From positions 1 to 22,903 of the forward strand of contig JBAXBA010000058.1 in the NCBI GenBank assembly GCA_037142195.1: a stretch of DNA of 22,903 bases, written 5' to 3'. Shown piece by piece: positions 10,906 to 19,811 of this stretch. Every line of letters begins with the position of its first letter. The first letter of the stretch is position 1. Position numbers and translations under genes: made by a program. The notes under the pieces are model-generated. The model was not told where the DNA came from. It worked only from the letters and a program-made list of their open reading frames with translations, and made no database searches. The DNA comes from Pseudomonadota bacterium. GTDB taxonomy: Bacteria > Bdellovibrionota_B > Oligoflexia > Oligoflexales > CAIMVM01.

Positions 10906-11994
10906 ATGAAAACTGTATTTGTTTTAGCTATCGCTGCCACTTCAGTCGTTTTTTCCATAGGTTGTAGACCTGCGATACAGTCAGATTCCCAGCCCCAAAC
11001 ATTTGAAACTCCTAACACTGAAATTAAAAACCAAGGACGAATAGGTTTTTGTTGGGCATATGCGGCTATTGCAATGATTGAATCAGATTACAAGCGAAGA
11101 ACCGGCAAAGATATAGATCTAAGTGAAGAATCTCTCGGCTTTTTCCTTCTCGCGGAATATATTAAACAAGGAGGTGATCAGTTTTTAAGGACTGCGTTGT
11201 CCCTTCCCACTACTCAACCTAAAATAGAAGAAGGTTCATCAATTCCTGAAGCCTTTTCTTTGATAGCTCGCTGGGGTTTGATTCCCGAATCCCAGTGGAG
11301 CGTTAAATTTGACACTGATTCAGAGGTAAATCAAGCCAAAGACTCCATCGCAGGCGAATGGCGCCAAAAAGTAGAAGCCCTTCGAATCAATGGTAGCAAT
11401 GCAGTGCCTTTTGATGATGTAGTTTCTATACTCACTAAAAAGGCTTTCCGGACTCCCCCACCATTTCAAAGCTTTGATAACGGCAGTGGAGCGATGAGTG
11501 CTATACGTTACGCAAGAGAAGTCATCGGTTTCAATCCCAATAACTACGAATTTGTTACAATAGATGGCGCGGCTGGTTCCTCTGCCTTTTCTTCTAATAT
11601 CCAACGCATAAAGGAAGTGCTTTCCCGTGGTGGGGTAGTTGGAATCGAATTATCAATGCCCGCTTCGGATCCCAGTAGTGCATCAAGAATACAGGGAAAG
11701 AGATTTATCGGAATGGGAATGCCATTTAAAATCGATGGAGCACACGCTATGGTGATCACTGACTTCAAGAACTCCAATGGTAACTTTGGCAAATCTCTTA
11801 ACCCCATGGAAGAAGTAGCAAAGCCATTAGAACCTGGTATGCAGTTTCAATTGAAAAATAGCTGGGGTTCGCAATCTGGATTCAACGAATTTGGAGCTCA
11901 GGTGCAAACCGGGTATTATGAGATGGATGTGATGTACCTCTTAGATATCCTACAATCTGGGGGAATTTTTAGGCTAACTTTCCCCAGAATTTAG
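10906..11994 (+). CDS. Papain-like (clan CA, family C1) cysteine peptidase, predicted lipoprotein
   Basis: AGGAGG SD before ATG 10906; signal peptide with lipobox SIG-C; catalytic motifs NQGRIGFCWAYA (Q, C), IDLSE, GAHAMVI (H), LKNSWG (N), GYYEM. Confidence 0.9.
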   Translation: MKTVFVLAIAATSVVFSIGCRPAIQSDSQPQTFETPNTEIKNQGRIGFCWAYAAIAMIESDYKRRTGKDIDLSEESLGFFLLAEYIKQGGDQFLRTALSLPTTQPKIEEGSSIPEAFSLIARWGLIPESQWSVKFDTDSEVNQAKDSIAGEWRQKVEALRINGSNAVPFDDVVSILTKKAFRTPPPFQSFDNGSGAMSAIRYAREVIGFNPNNYEFVTIDGAAGSSAFSSNIQRIKEVLSRGGVVGIELSMPASDPSSASRIQGKRFIGMGMPFKIDGAHAMVITDFKNSNGNFGKSLNPMEEVAKPLEPGMQFQLKNSWGSQSGFNEFGAQVQTGYYEMDVMYLLDILQSGGIFRLTFPRI

Positions 11995-12275
11995 ACTGCC
12001 ATGCTCTCCAAAGGTCACAGGTGCTTTTCATGGTGAGCTTAAAGTTTTCTTAAAAGGCGAGAGGCCTTTCACTATACTAGCCCAAAAGTATTTAGATTAT
12101 CTTGAAACAAATTTTAAGGAAGAATTATTCAGTTTGCTAAGTGTTGTGAAACATGCCCCTGTATGAATCGAGCCGTCATAGGAAAAGTTGACCCAAAACC
12201 CAGTCCTGTCAACGTTGGGCCAGCGGTATTTTGCCATTTCTGCCCTGATAGCCAAGTTTGGCACATGGATCGACT

Positions 12276-12563
12276 ATGGAAGCTGCCAAAACTGCAAAAC
12301 CAATTACCTACATCCGTCGACGTCCAGAGCTCACTCCGTGCTACAATGTCCTTCAAAATCACCTAAACACTTCTATCTCTGACAGAGATGGGGAAGGTCG
12401 ACCATTACCAAACTATGTGATTGAAGAGTTTGATAATTTTCTAGAGTTTGGGATTCCAGCCTATGTATGGGGGGGGGGTAAGACTAGTTTGCCAGAGCCG
12501 TTAAAAAAGGGCAGGTAGTTGCCTAAAGTTGCAAAAAAGAGGCTCAGGCATCTTTTGGAGGGA
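12276..12563 (+). pseudogene. IS91-family transposase, decayed N-terminal (Zn-binding) fragment
   Basis: MEAAK...YIRRRPELTPCYNVLQNHLNT...GRPLPNYVIEEFDNFLEFGIPAY, then after a G10 run (12469-12478) VRLVCQS.*..QVVA*SCKKR(G)..AS.GG. This matches the IS91/ISCR N-terminus Y.RR.PE.T.LY..V..HL.TF......LP.YV..EF..YL.CGI...GF.R..C..C....VAFSCK.RG.CPSCG. Confidence 0.88.
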
Positions 12564-12657
12564 TTTGTTTCCAAAAGAGGAATAAACTGCCTACCATTCC
12601 CAAATAGCATTCAAGTTTTGTTGTTAAAATACACGTATTACTTTTTGGAGTTAAAAT

Positions 12658-13719
12658 ATGAAGTTTACAATTGGATTTTCGATAACACTCATCATTGCTG
12701 TATCGGCTTGTAAAAACGATGTCAATAAAGACTCAAGTATATCAAATAATCAACGGAATAATTTAGAAGCCGCCACAACTCAAGTAGAACCAAATCTGTT
12801 TCTGACATATAGCGACTTTAACTCCGCGACATTTACAAATCTATCTAAGGCAGATTTAGAAGGATCAGACGAAAACTCAGTAAACGAACAGCTCGACCTT
12901 CTAAATAGTAGCCCTGGTAAAGGATCTGCAGAAGAAGACCATTCTTTTGATTCCTGCTTGAATGCGACTTGGGCCTTGAAAGACCCAAAGGACCTGAGTA
13001 CGCTGGTCATGTCCTATAAAAAGGACATCACGTCCTGCATAAACGACTCCTTCAATAAGTCAACCACAACTAACCCACAGAAGTTTCAATATAAAAATAT
13101 AAGTTATGAATTTTTAGGTTGGATACAGTGCCCTGGCGAAAATCTTTCCACTATTGCCGGCAAAAAACTAGACGAAGTTGAGGACTTCCCATGCAAAGCA
13201 AAAATGAAGACTAAGTTTGCGGCAAAATTTTTAGGGCATGGGGTATTTGAAGGAAACCCAGATCTTATCTACGAATTTGAAACATCTAATGGTTTTTTTA
13301 ATCAAGATGGATCTGCATGTGAGACAATTTATGATGGAGAAAAATCTACTTATCTTGATGGGTGCCTTGAATTAAGTCATACTAGAAGTTCCTCTTTAAT
13401 CAATGGACAAAAATCAAACTCAGATATTCTTATCCGCAATAGATATATTGGAGTTTCTGCTACGAAAACTTCTACCCAGTTTAAAACAGGCTCTTTTGAT
13501 ATTTTCTATAACGGCTGGACGGGATCTGCTACCTTCAATGGCGCAAGTCCTATCTGGACCCTCCGCAATCAAGGGCAAATAGCCAGCGGCACATATACAG
13601 GGCCAAGCAAAACTAGTTCCTTAAAGCTCCAAGCTGACAGCAGTAGCGTTCAAAGCAGCCCTTTCACATTCCATTCAAATCTTGTTAAGTCTCTTGTATT
13701 GCCAAAGCCTGCTAAATAG
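12658..13719 (+). CDS. Hypothetical Cys-rich lipoprotein
   Basis: GGAG SD; signal peptide with lipobox VSA-C; Ser/Asn/Thr-rich, six further Cys; followed by a terminator. Confidence 0.85.
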   Translation: MKFTIGFSITLIIAVSACKNDVNKDSSISNNQRNNLEAATTQVEPNLFLTYSDFNSATFTNLSKADLEGSDENSVNEQLDLLNSSPGKGSAEEDHSFDSCLNATWALKDPKDLSTLVMSYKKDITSCINDSFNKSTTTNPQKFQYKNISYEFLGWIQCPGENLSTIAGKKLDEVEDFPCKAKMKTKFAAKFLGHGVFEGNPDLIYEFETSNGFFNQDGSACETIYDGEKSTYLDGCLELSHTRSSSLINGQKSNSDILIRNRYIGVSATKTSTQFKTGSFDIFYNGWTGSATFNGASPIWTLRNQGQIASGTYTGPSKTSSLKLQADSSSVQSSPFTFHSNLVKSLVLPKPAK

Positions 13720-13768
13720 CCCAGTAGAAATTTTTCAAGTCGGATAGTCTAATCCAATAGATCCTTAG

Positions 13769-13799
13769 AAATAGAGCTCCGCCCAAAGCTCTATTTTTT
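13769..13799 (+). terminator. Rho-independent terminator
   Basis: AAATAGAGCT-N8-AGCTCTATTT followed by further Ts, 50 nt after the 13719 stop. Confidence 0.8.
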
Positions 13800-14045
13800 A
13801 ACGGCCAGGCAAGACCCACGGTCAGTTGTGGGGGGTATGAAACACTAATCGCTAAGAAAGACGTATTTAGACCACGGGTAAAGTCGGGCGCATAGTCTAA
13901 AATATGCCTACGCAGAAATAATGGAATAGCGATGGCTTTCTAGGGACAACTTCGTAATCAGCAAAAATTGCCTTGTGATGCCGAAGACAAGCCTGGTCTA
14001 AAATAGGAGATAGACATAATGTTTCTAAGTTGAAAGAAGGTCAAA

Positions 14046-14492
14046 ATGATAAAAAGAATCTTTAAATACTTTTTAGCGATAGCGCTCGTAATTATGAGCC
14101 TATCAGGAATATTGATAGCATCAAAACAGATCACCCTTGTTTCGGCGAAATCTACAAAGCCGATGTCTAAAAAAACAAGCTCATCAACCCTTCCTTATGA
14201 CTCTATCGGAAATGCTTCCAAATCTATCGGTTCCGCTGAGGAGACTCCATCACCTTCAGACAAATTCACGGTTGACCTAGGCGCAACGAAGTCCCGAGAA
14301 AATGCCGAAAAAATATTAGAAAGTTTGGCTCAAAAAGGAATCCAAGGATTCTATACCCCCGTCCAAAGGGAAAATGGGTCACTTGCATTCAGAGTCCGAG
14401 TAGGACTCTATAGAACAGAAGAAGAAGCGGCTCAAAATGTAAAAAAGATCACTTCAGTAACGCCCTTTACCGCTAATGTTCTTAAAATATAA
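14046..14492 (+). CDS. SPOR-domain peptidoglycan-binding protein with N-terminal membrane anchor
   Basis: Hydrophobic N-terminus, Ser/Thr/Lys linker, FTVDLGA.KSRENAEK....L..KG.......FRVRVG.Y.T.EEA. Confidence 0.85.
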   Translation: MIKRIFKYFLAIALVIMSLSGILIASKQITLVSAKSTKPMSKKTSSSTLPYDSIGNASKSIGSAEETPSPSDKFTVDLGATKSRENAEKILESLAQKGIQGFYTPVQRENGSLAFRVRVGLYRTEEEAAQNVKKITSVTPFTANVLKI

Positions 14493-14536
14493 ATCTTTGG
14501 CAGTGCTTCAGAGTTTTCTCTATAAAAGGCGTGGTC

Positions 14537-15523
14537 TTATTTCAAAGAGCCCAAATCTAAGGCAATCCATCCTTTAGAAATTGCTAATGCTGAAAGACTT
14601 AAAACGAAAACCCAAAGGACAACTCCCAGGATTGCAGGGCGAAAGCCCATTTCTTTAATGCTTTTAAGATTTATATTTAAACCAATAAAAAACAAAGTGA
14701 TGACCAATCCTTTCTTTCCAATCCACTCCACTCCATCGCGAACGAATACCAAGTTAGGATAGTTTGATGTCAAAAAGCTAAAAAGGCAGGAGGACAGAAT
14801 AAACCCTAATATAAACCAAGGGCGCTTGACCTTTTGCTCTGAGTCATTGTTCTTTCTAATATTTCGGAAGGCCCAACTTAGAAAAACAGTTAAGGGAATA
14901 ATCCATACGGCACGAGCAAGCTTTATCGTTGTTCCTACTCGAAGGGCATTTACACCATATTGCATAGTCGCCCCAACTACAGAGCTAGTATCATGTATGG
15001 CTAGAGCAGCCCACAGGCCGAACTGGGTTTCGCTAAATCCGAAAAAATGTCCCAAAGGTGGAAAGATTATCAAGGCAATGGAATTTAGCAAAAAGACGAT
15101 TCCAAGTGCCATAGAGGCATGATTGGATTTGGCACCAATAGCTGGCCACGCTGCGGCAATGGCACTTCCCCCACAGATAGCTGTCCCTACAGTGACTAGA
15201 GCTGAAGTTTCTAAATTGGACTTCAGCACTTTGGCTAAGCAGTAACCTACCCCTAAAGTTATACTAATGCTCACGAAAGTATAGGCTAAGCCGGAATACC
15301 CTGCTTTAAGCACTTCCATTAAATTCATACCAGCACCGAGAGCCACAATGGAGTAACTCAAGATCTTTGGTGCCATGAGCTTCGTACGATCAAGCCATGG
15401 ATTTCCCAAAAGGAGAGAAATACAAATACCTGCCAAAAGCGCATAAGCAGACCCAAATCCCCAAAGGATGGCTAATACTGGCACAAGGAGAATCAATATT
15501 TTTGCAGTGGAGTCGTGACGCAC
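14537..15523 (-). CDS. YeiH/UPF0324 family membrane protein (putative sulfate exporter family)
   Basis: GTAICGGSAIAA, FGLWAALAIHDTSSVVG, TTIKLARA.WIIP, PWFILGF, LFFIG motifs; many hydrophobic segments. Confidence 0.92.
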   Translation of the reverse strand: MRHDSTAKILILLVPVLAILWGFGSAYALLAGICISLLLGNPWLDRTKLMAPKILSYSIVALGAGMNLMEVLKAGYSGLAYTFVSISITLGVGYCLAKVLKSNLETSALVTVGTAICGGSAIAAAWPAIGAKSNHASMALGIVFLLNSIALIIFPPLGHFFGFSETQFGLWAALAIHDTSSVVGATMQYGVNALRVGTTIKLARAVWIIPLTVFLSWAFRNIRKNNDSEQKVKRPWFILGFILSSCLFSFLTSNYPNLVFVRDGVEWIGKKGLVITLFFIGLNINLKSIKEMGFRPAILGVVLWVFVLSLSALAISKGWIALDLGSLK

Positions 15524-15589
15524 TTTTAATCTCTGCCTCTAAAAACGAAAATCATGCCTGGAAGCGACAAAAAAAGCAAGATTCGACTG

Positions 15590-16027
15590 CTACTTTAACA
15601 TCTCTACGGAAGAACCAGTTCCTTCCTCTAAAACTCTCTGATCGGAATCGATTTTGCCATCGAAATTAAAATCGAAGAGCCTCATGGTTACATGACCTGA
15701 TGAATTAAGTGCTTCAACCATGTCCACTTCCCCATCATGATTGAAATCCCAAGCATGGTAGGCTACCTCCTCTTGGTCGGGCTGGCCCTCTCTTTTGACC
15801 AATATAGACACTGGACGATAGTTGGGCATGGGCCACTCACTCGTTTGCCAGTCGCCATTGATGTAATCAAGTCCCTCTTTGCGCGCTACTGATCGAATGT
15901 CCCATGGATCTAGAATCACCCCCGAAGCTTCAGGAGACTTCGGAGTTTGGCAGGCTATCAAGCAAACGGCCGGAATGAACTGTAGAGCTTTCGCGAGATA
16001 CTTTGATTTCAACTGGGCCTCCCCCAC
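15590..16027 (-). CDS. Small hypothetical lipoprotein with two DxNxDG Ca-binding-type motifs
   Basis: Lipobox LIA-C; WDFNHDGEVD and FDFNFDGKID. The true start may be the TTG a few codons downstream (LKSKY). Confidence 0.8.
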   Translation of the reverse strand: MGEAQLKSKYLAKALQFIPAVCLIACQTPKSPEASGVILDPWDIRSVARKEGLDYINGDWQTSEWPMPNYRPVSILVKREGQPDQEEVAYHAWDFNHDGEVDMVEALNSSGHVTMRLFDFNFDGKIDSDQRVLEEGTGSSVEMLK

Positions 16028-16109
16028 GTTTTACAATGAATTCAGTAGCCTAATCGGGTAAGCTAGACCGCTTTTTAAAGTGTTTTATTCGGAAGGAACT
16101 GCCTGCGCT

Positions 16110-17915
16110 ATGCAAGACCCTAAATTCATTAGAAATTTCTGCATCATTGCCCATATTGATCATGGAAAATCCACCCTCGCCGACCGGCTTATTGAAGAGA
16201 CCGGCTCACTTGCTAATCGTGAGATGAAGGAACAGGTTTTAGATTCGATGGACATTGAGCGTGAGCGGGGAATTACCATTAAAGCTCAAACGGCATCGAT
16301 GCATTACAAATCCCTAGATGGACAAACCTATCAACTAAACCTTATCGACACCCCTGGACACGTAGACTTTAGTTATGAAGTTTCAAGGTCCCTGTCTGCT
16401 TGTGAAGGGGCTATCGTCGTGGTTGACGCCTCTCAAGGCGTTGAAGCACAAACGGTAGCTAACGTAAATCTCGCGAACGAGTCTGGCTTGACGCTCATTC
16501 CTGTAATCAACAAAATCGATCTTCCTTCAGCTGATCCTGATCGAGTTAAGGGCGAAATCGAAGAAGAACTCGCCATTGAAGCTACGGAAGCCGTGCTGAC
16601 CAGCGCTAAATCAGGCATAGGTATATCTGAACTTCTAGAAGCTATTGTTAAGCGCATTCCCCCTCCCAAAGATCTGAGGAAGGAGCCGCTCAAGGCGCTG
16701 ATTTTTGACAGCTGGTTCGATAGCTATCTTGGAGCAGTTTCCCTGATTCGGGTGATGTCCGGAGAGCTTTCGCTTCGTGACAAAATGATCATGATGTCAA
16801 CGGGTAAAAAATATGAAGTTTTAACTATGGGCAAGCTCACTCCAAAAGCGATCTCTGTCGGAACCCTTTCTGCAGGTGAAGTCGGATTTGTTTCAGGGTC
16901 CATAAAAGATATTGGCGACACCCGAGTAGGAGATACGATAACCCTTGCTTCAAACCCATGCACAGAAGCATTAGCAGGCTTTAAGCCTGCAAAACAAATG
17001 GTGTTTGGCGGAGTCTTTCCCATAGAAACCGATCAATTTCCCATCTTAAAGGAATCCCTAGAAAAGCTTAAGTTAAATGACGCCTCGCTTATCTTTGAAC
17101 CAGAAAGTTCAAATGCTCTAGGTTTTGGGTTCCGAGTTGGATTTTTAGGTTTGCTTCATATGGATATCATTCAAGAGCGGCTGGAACGGGAGTACAACTT
17201 AGATCTTATATTCACCGCTCCCAGCGTAGTCTATAAAGTTATTCTAAACGACGGCACCGTTCTTTTAGTGGAAAATCCAGCTAAGTTGCCTGAACCCGGG
17301 AAATTCGACCATATTGATGAACCTTATGTAAAACTAACCGTTCACACTCCAGAAGAGTTTATTGGTACTATTATCAAGCTCCTACAAGACAAACGAGGAA
17401 TCCAAAAAGCCATTGAGTATTCCAGCGCAAAGCGAGTAAGAATCATTTATGAATTACCTATGAATGAAATGATTTTTGACTTTCATGACAAGCTAAAGTC
17501 CATGTCAAGGGGATATGCTTCCATGGATTACGAAATCATTGATTATCGAGAAGGGGACCTTGTAAAGCTGGAAATCATGGTCAACCAAAATCCCGTCGAT
17601 GCCCTCGCCTGTATTGTTCACCGAGATTCTTCCTTCTTTAAAGGACGTATTCTTTGTAAAAAGCTTAAGGATTCCTTAGATCGCCACCAGTTCCAAATTG
17701 CGATTCAGGCAGCTATTGGAGCTAAAGTAATTGCCAGAGAAACTATTTCTGCGCTTAGAAAAGATGTTACCGCCAAGTGTTATGGTGGCGATATTTCAAG
17801 AAAGCGCAAACTCCTGGAAAAGCAAAAAGAAGGTAAAAAGCGGATGAAGCAAATAGGCAATGTTGAAATCCCCCAAAAGGCTTTCATGTCGATTCTTTCT
17901 CTGGATGAAGAATAG
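16110..17915 (+). CDS. lepA: Elongation factor 4 (LepA)
   Basis: [79 protein letters not shown]. Start at ATG 16110. Confidence 0.99.
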   Translation: MQDPKFIRNFCIIAHIDHGKSTLADRLIEETGSLANREMKEQVLDSMDIERERGITIKAQTASMHYKSLDGQTYQLNLIDTPGHVDFSYEVSRSLSACEGAIVVVDASQGVEAQTVANVNLANESGLTLIPVINKIDLPSADPDRVKGEIEEELAIEATEAVLTSAKSGIGISELLEAIVKRIPPPKDLRKEPLKALIFDSWFDSYLGAVSLIRVMSGELSLRDKMIMMSTGKKYEVLTMGKLTPKAISVGTLSAGEVGFVSGSIKDIGDTRVGDTITLASNPCTEALAGFKPAKQMVFGGVFPIETDQFPILKESLEKLKLNDASLIFEPESSNALGFGFRVGFLGLLHMDIIQERLEREYNLDLIFTAPSVVYKVILNDGTVLLVENPAKLPEPGKFDHIDEPYVKLTVHTPEEFIGTIIKLLQDKRGIQKAIEYSSAKRVRIIYELPMNEMIFDFHDKLKSMSRGYASMDYEIIDYREGDLVKLEIMVNQNPVDALACIVHRDSSFFKGRILCKKLKDSLDRHQFQIAIQAAIGAKVIARETISALRKDVTAKCYGGDISRKRKLLEKQKEGKKRMKQIGNVEIPQKAFMSILSLDEE

Positions 17916-17923
17916 AACTAAAG

Positions 17924-17960
17924 AAAAAAAGAGTTTCCTTCAAACAGAAACTCTTTTTTT
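17924..17960. terminator. Bidirectional rho-independent terminator after lepA
   Basis: Perfect 14-bp inverted repeat AAAAAAAGAGTTTC-N9-GAAACTCTTTTTTT between the convergent lepA and methyltransferase genes. Confidence 0.85.
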
Positions 17961-18203
17961 ATGCTCTTTAAAATCAAACAACTACTCCTAATCACAGAAC
18001 GGTTATGCCCATTTGTCGCAAACAACCAGCATAAGTCCCAGCTTCATGCCTCATTCGCTGTCAAAACATTCTCATAGCTAAAAAAAGGCCTTTGGTCCCC
18101 GATGATTAAGTTCCTTTCAATCATGTTTGCGCGAGAGATCAAATTCCGAACTCATCTACTAAGAAAAGGCCAAATCATTGAGCTCTTTGGGGATGGTATG
18201 CCT

Positions 18204-19265
18204 CTAGCAGCAAGAAAGGGCAGGCGCTCCCTCATTTGATGCGTTTTGAGTGAATGGAGGATTCTTTCCGCAACCTTCAAATATCCCGTAATGAGTCTCA
18301 AAGTTTCCGATAAAATCAAAGTGTTCTTTGAACCGAGTTTGAAACAGCATATTCCAGGTGTTTCCACATACCGCTTTTATCTTGCCCTTTTCGAAATAGT
18401 GATGGGCATCTAAGAACATACCCTTTTCCGAATGTTGAATATTTCCCAAATATCTTACAGCTTGGCCAAAGTCCTCACAATCAGGTTCTAAGTCCTTTAG
18501 TTTGAAAAGACGATAGGTTATGGAATGAAATTTAATATCTCCGAGTTTTTCAATGGCATTCTCGTTCTGAACAGTAATAGGACTTGAAGACACAACCCTT
18601 GGATCGTAAAACCCAGCACGCTTTGCCATATGCTCAAAATCATTCCAGTAAAGTGCTCCTGAAAGGCATTCTCCATAGAGAACCTTATCTTGGGCAAGAA
18701 CTTCAGGGATTCTTCGACTTGCATAAACATCACTAAAATAAAGCTCTCCACCTTCTTTGAGAAGGCCAAAGCATGCTTCTAGTACAGCTCGCTTATCCTT
18801 TACGAGATTTAATACACAATTAGACACAACTACGTCAAAGCTAGCAGCTTTCAAATTTAGCTTTGAAAGGTCTTCTAAGTATCCTTCATGGAACTCGACA
18901 TTCTTTTTTGAATAGCCAAATCTATCCATATGAAAGTCGATATGCTTACGAGCGGTCAGCAGTTGCTCTTTGGTCATATCGACCCCAACAACCTGTCCCT
19001 CTTGCCCAACCAACTGAGAAGCAATGTAACAGTCACGGCCTGCCCCTGACCCTAAATCAAGTATACGCGCCGCTTCAAGACGCAAAGGCAATGTCAATCC
19101 GCAACCATAGTATTTAGCAATAACTTCTTCATGAACATTTGAAATGGCGGATTTTATATACCTAGGCATTGCAGAAGAGGTCGTACAAGCATTTGTCATT
19201 AAATCTTCGGTAGTCTGCAATACTTTTCCATAATAGTCCTGAACGTCTAAATGAACATCCGCCAT
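18204..19265 (-). CDS. Arsenite methyltransferase-like SAM-dependent methyltransferase (AS3MT/ArsM family)
   Basis: DYYGKVL...L.TNAC, YYGCG, LDLGSGAGRD, GVDMT, SNCVLNL, GGELYFSD, GECLSGAL, VCGNT, C-terminal CC; AGGAGG SD. Confidence 0.88.
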   Translation of the reverse strand: MADVHLDVQDYYGKVLQTTEDLMTNACTTSSAMPRYIKSAISNVHEEVIAKYYGCGLTLPLRLEAARILDLGSGAGRDCYIASQLVGQEGQVVGVDMTKEQLLTARKHIDFHMDRFGYSKKNVEFHEGYLEDLSKLNLKAASFDVVVSNCVLNLVKDKRAVLEACFGLLKEGGELYFSDVYASRRIPEVLAQDKVLYGECLSGALYWNDFEHMAKRAGFYDPRVVSSSPITVQNENAIEKLGDIKFHSITYRLFKLKDLEPDCEDFGQAVRYLGNIQHSEKGMFLDAHHYFEKGKIKAVCGNTWNMLFQTRFKEHFDFIGNFETHYGIFEGCGKNPPFTQNASNEGAPALSCC

Positions 19266-19709
19266 AAATCCTCCTATTCATGTGGTCTAACATTAAATTA
19301 ATTATAAGAAACAAAACAGTAAAAATCTCGCTAAGAGGCAAAACCCTAGCATTTACCAAATCTAACTTCCAAAACCCAGAGAATCCTAGGTGGAGGAGGC
19401 ACATGAAATCATTGCAGATCAAGCAATGCAATTTAAGATCAATTAGTGTTCCATCAACTGCACTGCCCTACCACATAAAATTCCACCTTACATTCTGCTT
19501 TCAACCTCACTTGATAGCATGAAAATCCCTGTAATAGAGCATCTATGAAGAGCCCCTTGAGTTTTTTCTCATATCTGTAGCTCTTCCAACGGTAATTTTT
19601 AAAACCTTGGCGTCAGAATTTTGAAAATGAGATGAATTTCGTGGTCATGGGCGCCATACAAAAAAAATGCCCACTTTTCCGCAGGCGCCAAACACAAGCT
19701 ACAAAAGGG

Positions 19710-19775
19710 ATGTGAAAAAAGTTGACTAGCCAGTCAACTTTTCTCTTGCAACTTAACTCTTCCTTACCTTACTCT
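19710..19775 (+). promoter_or_regulatory. Palindromic operator plus sigma70-like promoter, copy 1
   Basis: AAAAGTTGACT-AGCC-AGTCAACTTTT (19717-19742), TTGCAA (19746-19751), 18 nt spacer, TACTCT (19770-19775); the block is conserved upstream of the paralog. Confidence 0.7.
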
Positions 19776-19811
19776 TGATTTAGTCACTCAATACATCTCT
19801 GGAGGTTCACT

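Noticed and set aside
12183..12213. AAAAGTTGAC...GTCAAC as a third copy of the metallopeptidase operator
   Set aside because: The spacer is 15 nt rather than 6 and the TTGCAA element is missing; more likely part of the IS91 upstream (terIS-side) region.
12258..12274. Sigma54 -24/-12 promoter TTGGCAC upstream of the transposase relic
   Set aside because: The -12 element reads TCGA rather than TTGC; at best a degenerate relic.
12469..12478. G10 tract as a phase-variation switch
   Set aside because: It lies in a pseudogene with further stops, frameshifts and truncation, so length change could not restore function.
13866..13901. Integron attC site
   Set aside because: TTTAGAC...GTCTAAA are in the wrong order and lack the AAC/GTT cores; no integrase or cassette array.
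19547..19586. GAAGAGC...GCTCTTC hairpin as a riboswitch in the divergent intergenic region
   Set aside because: Short stems and no recognisable aptamer consensus.
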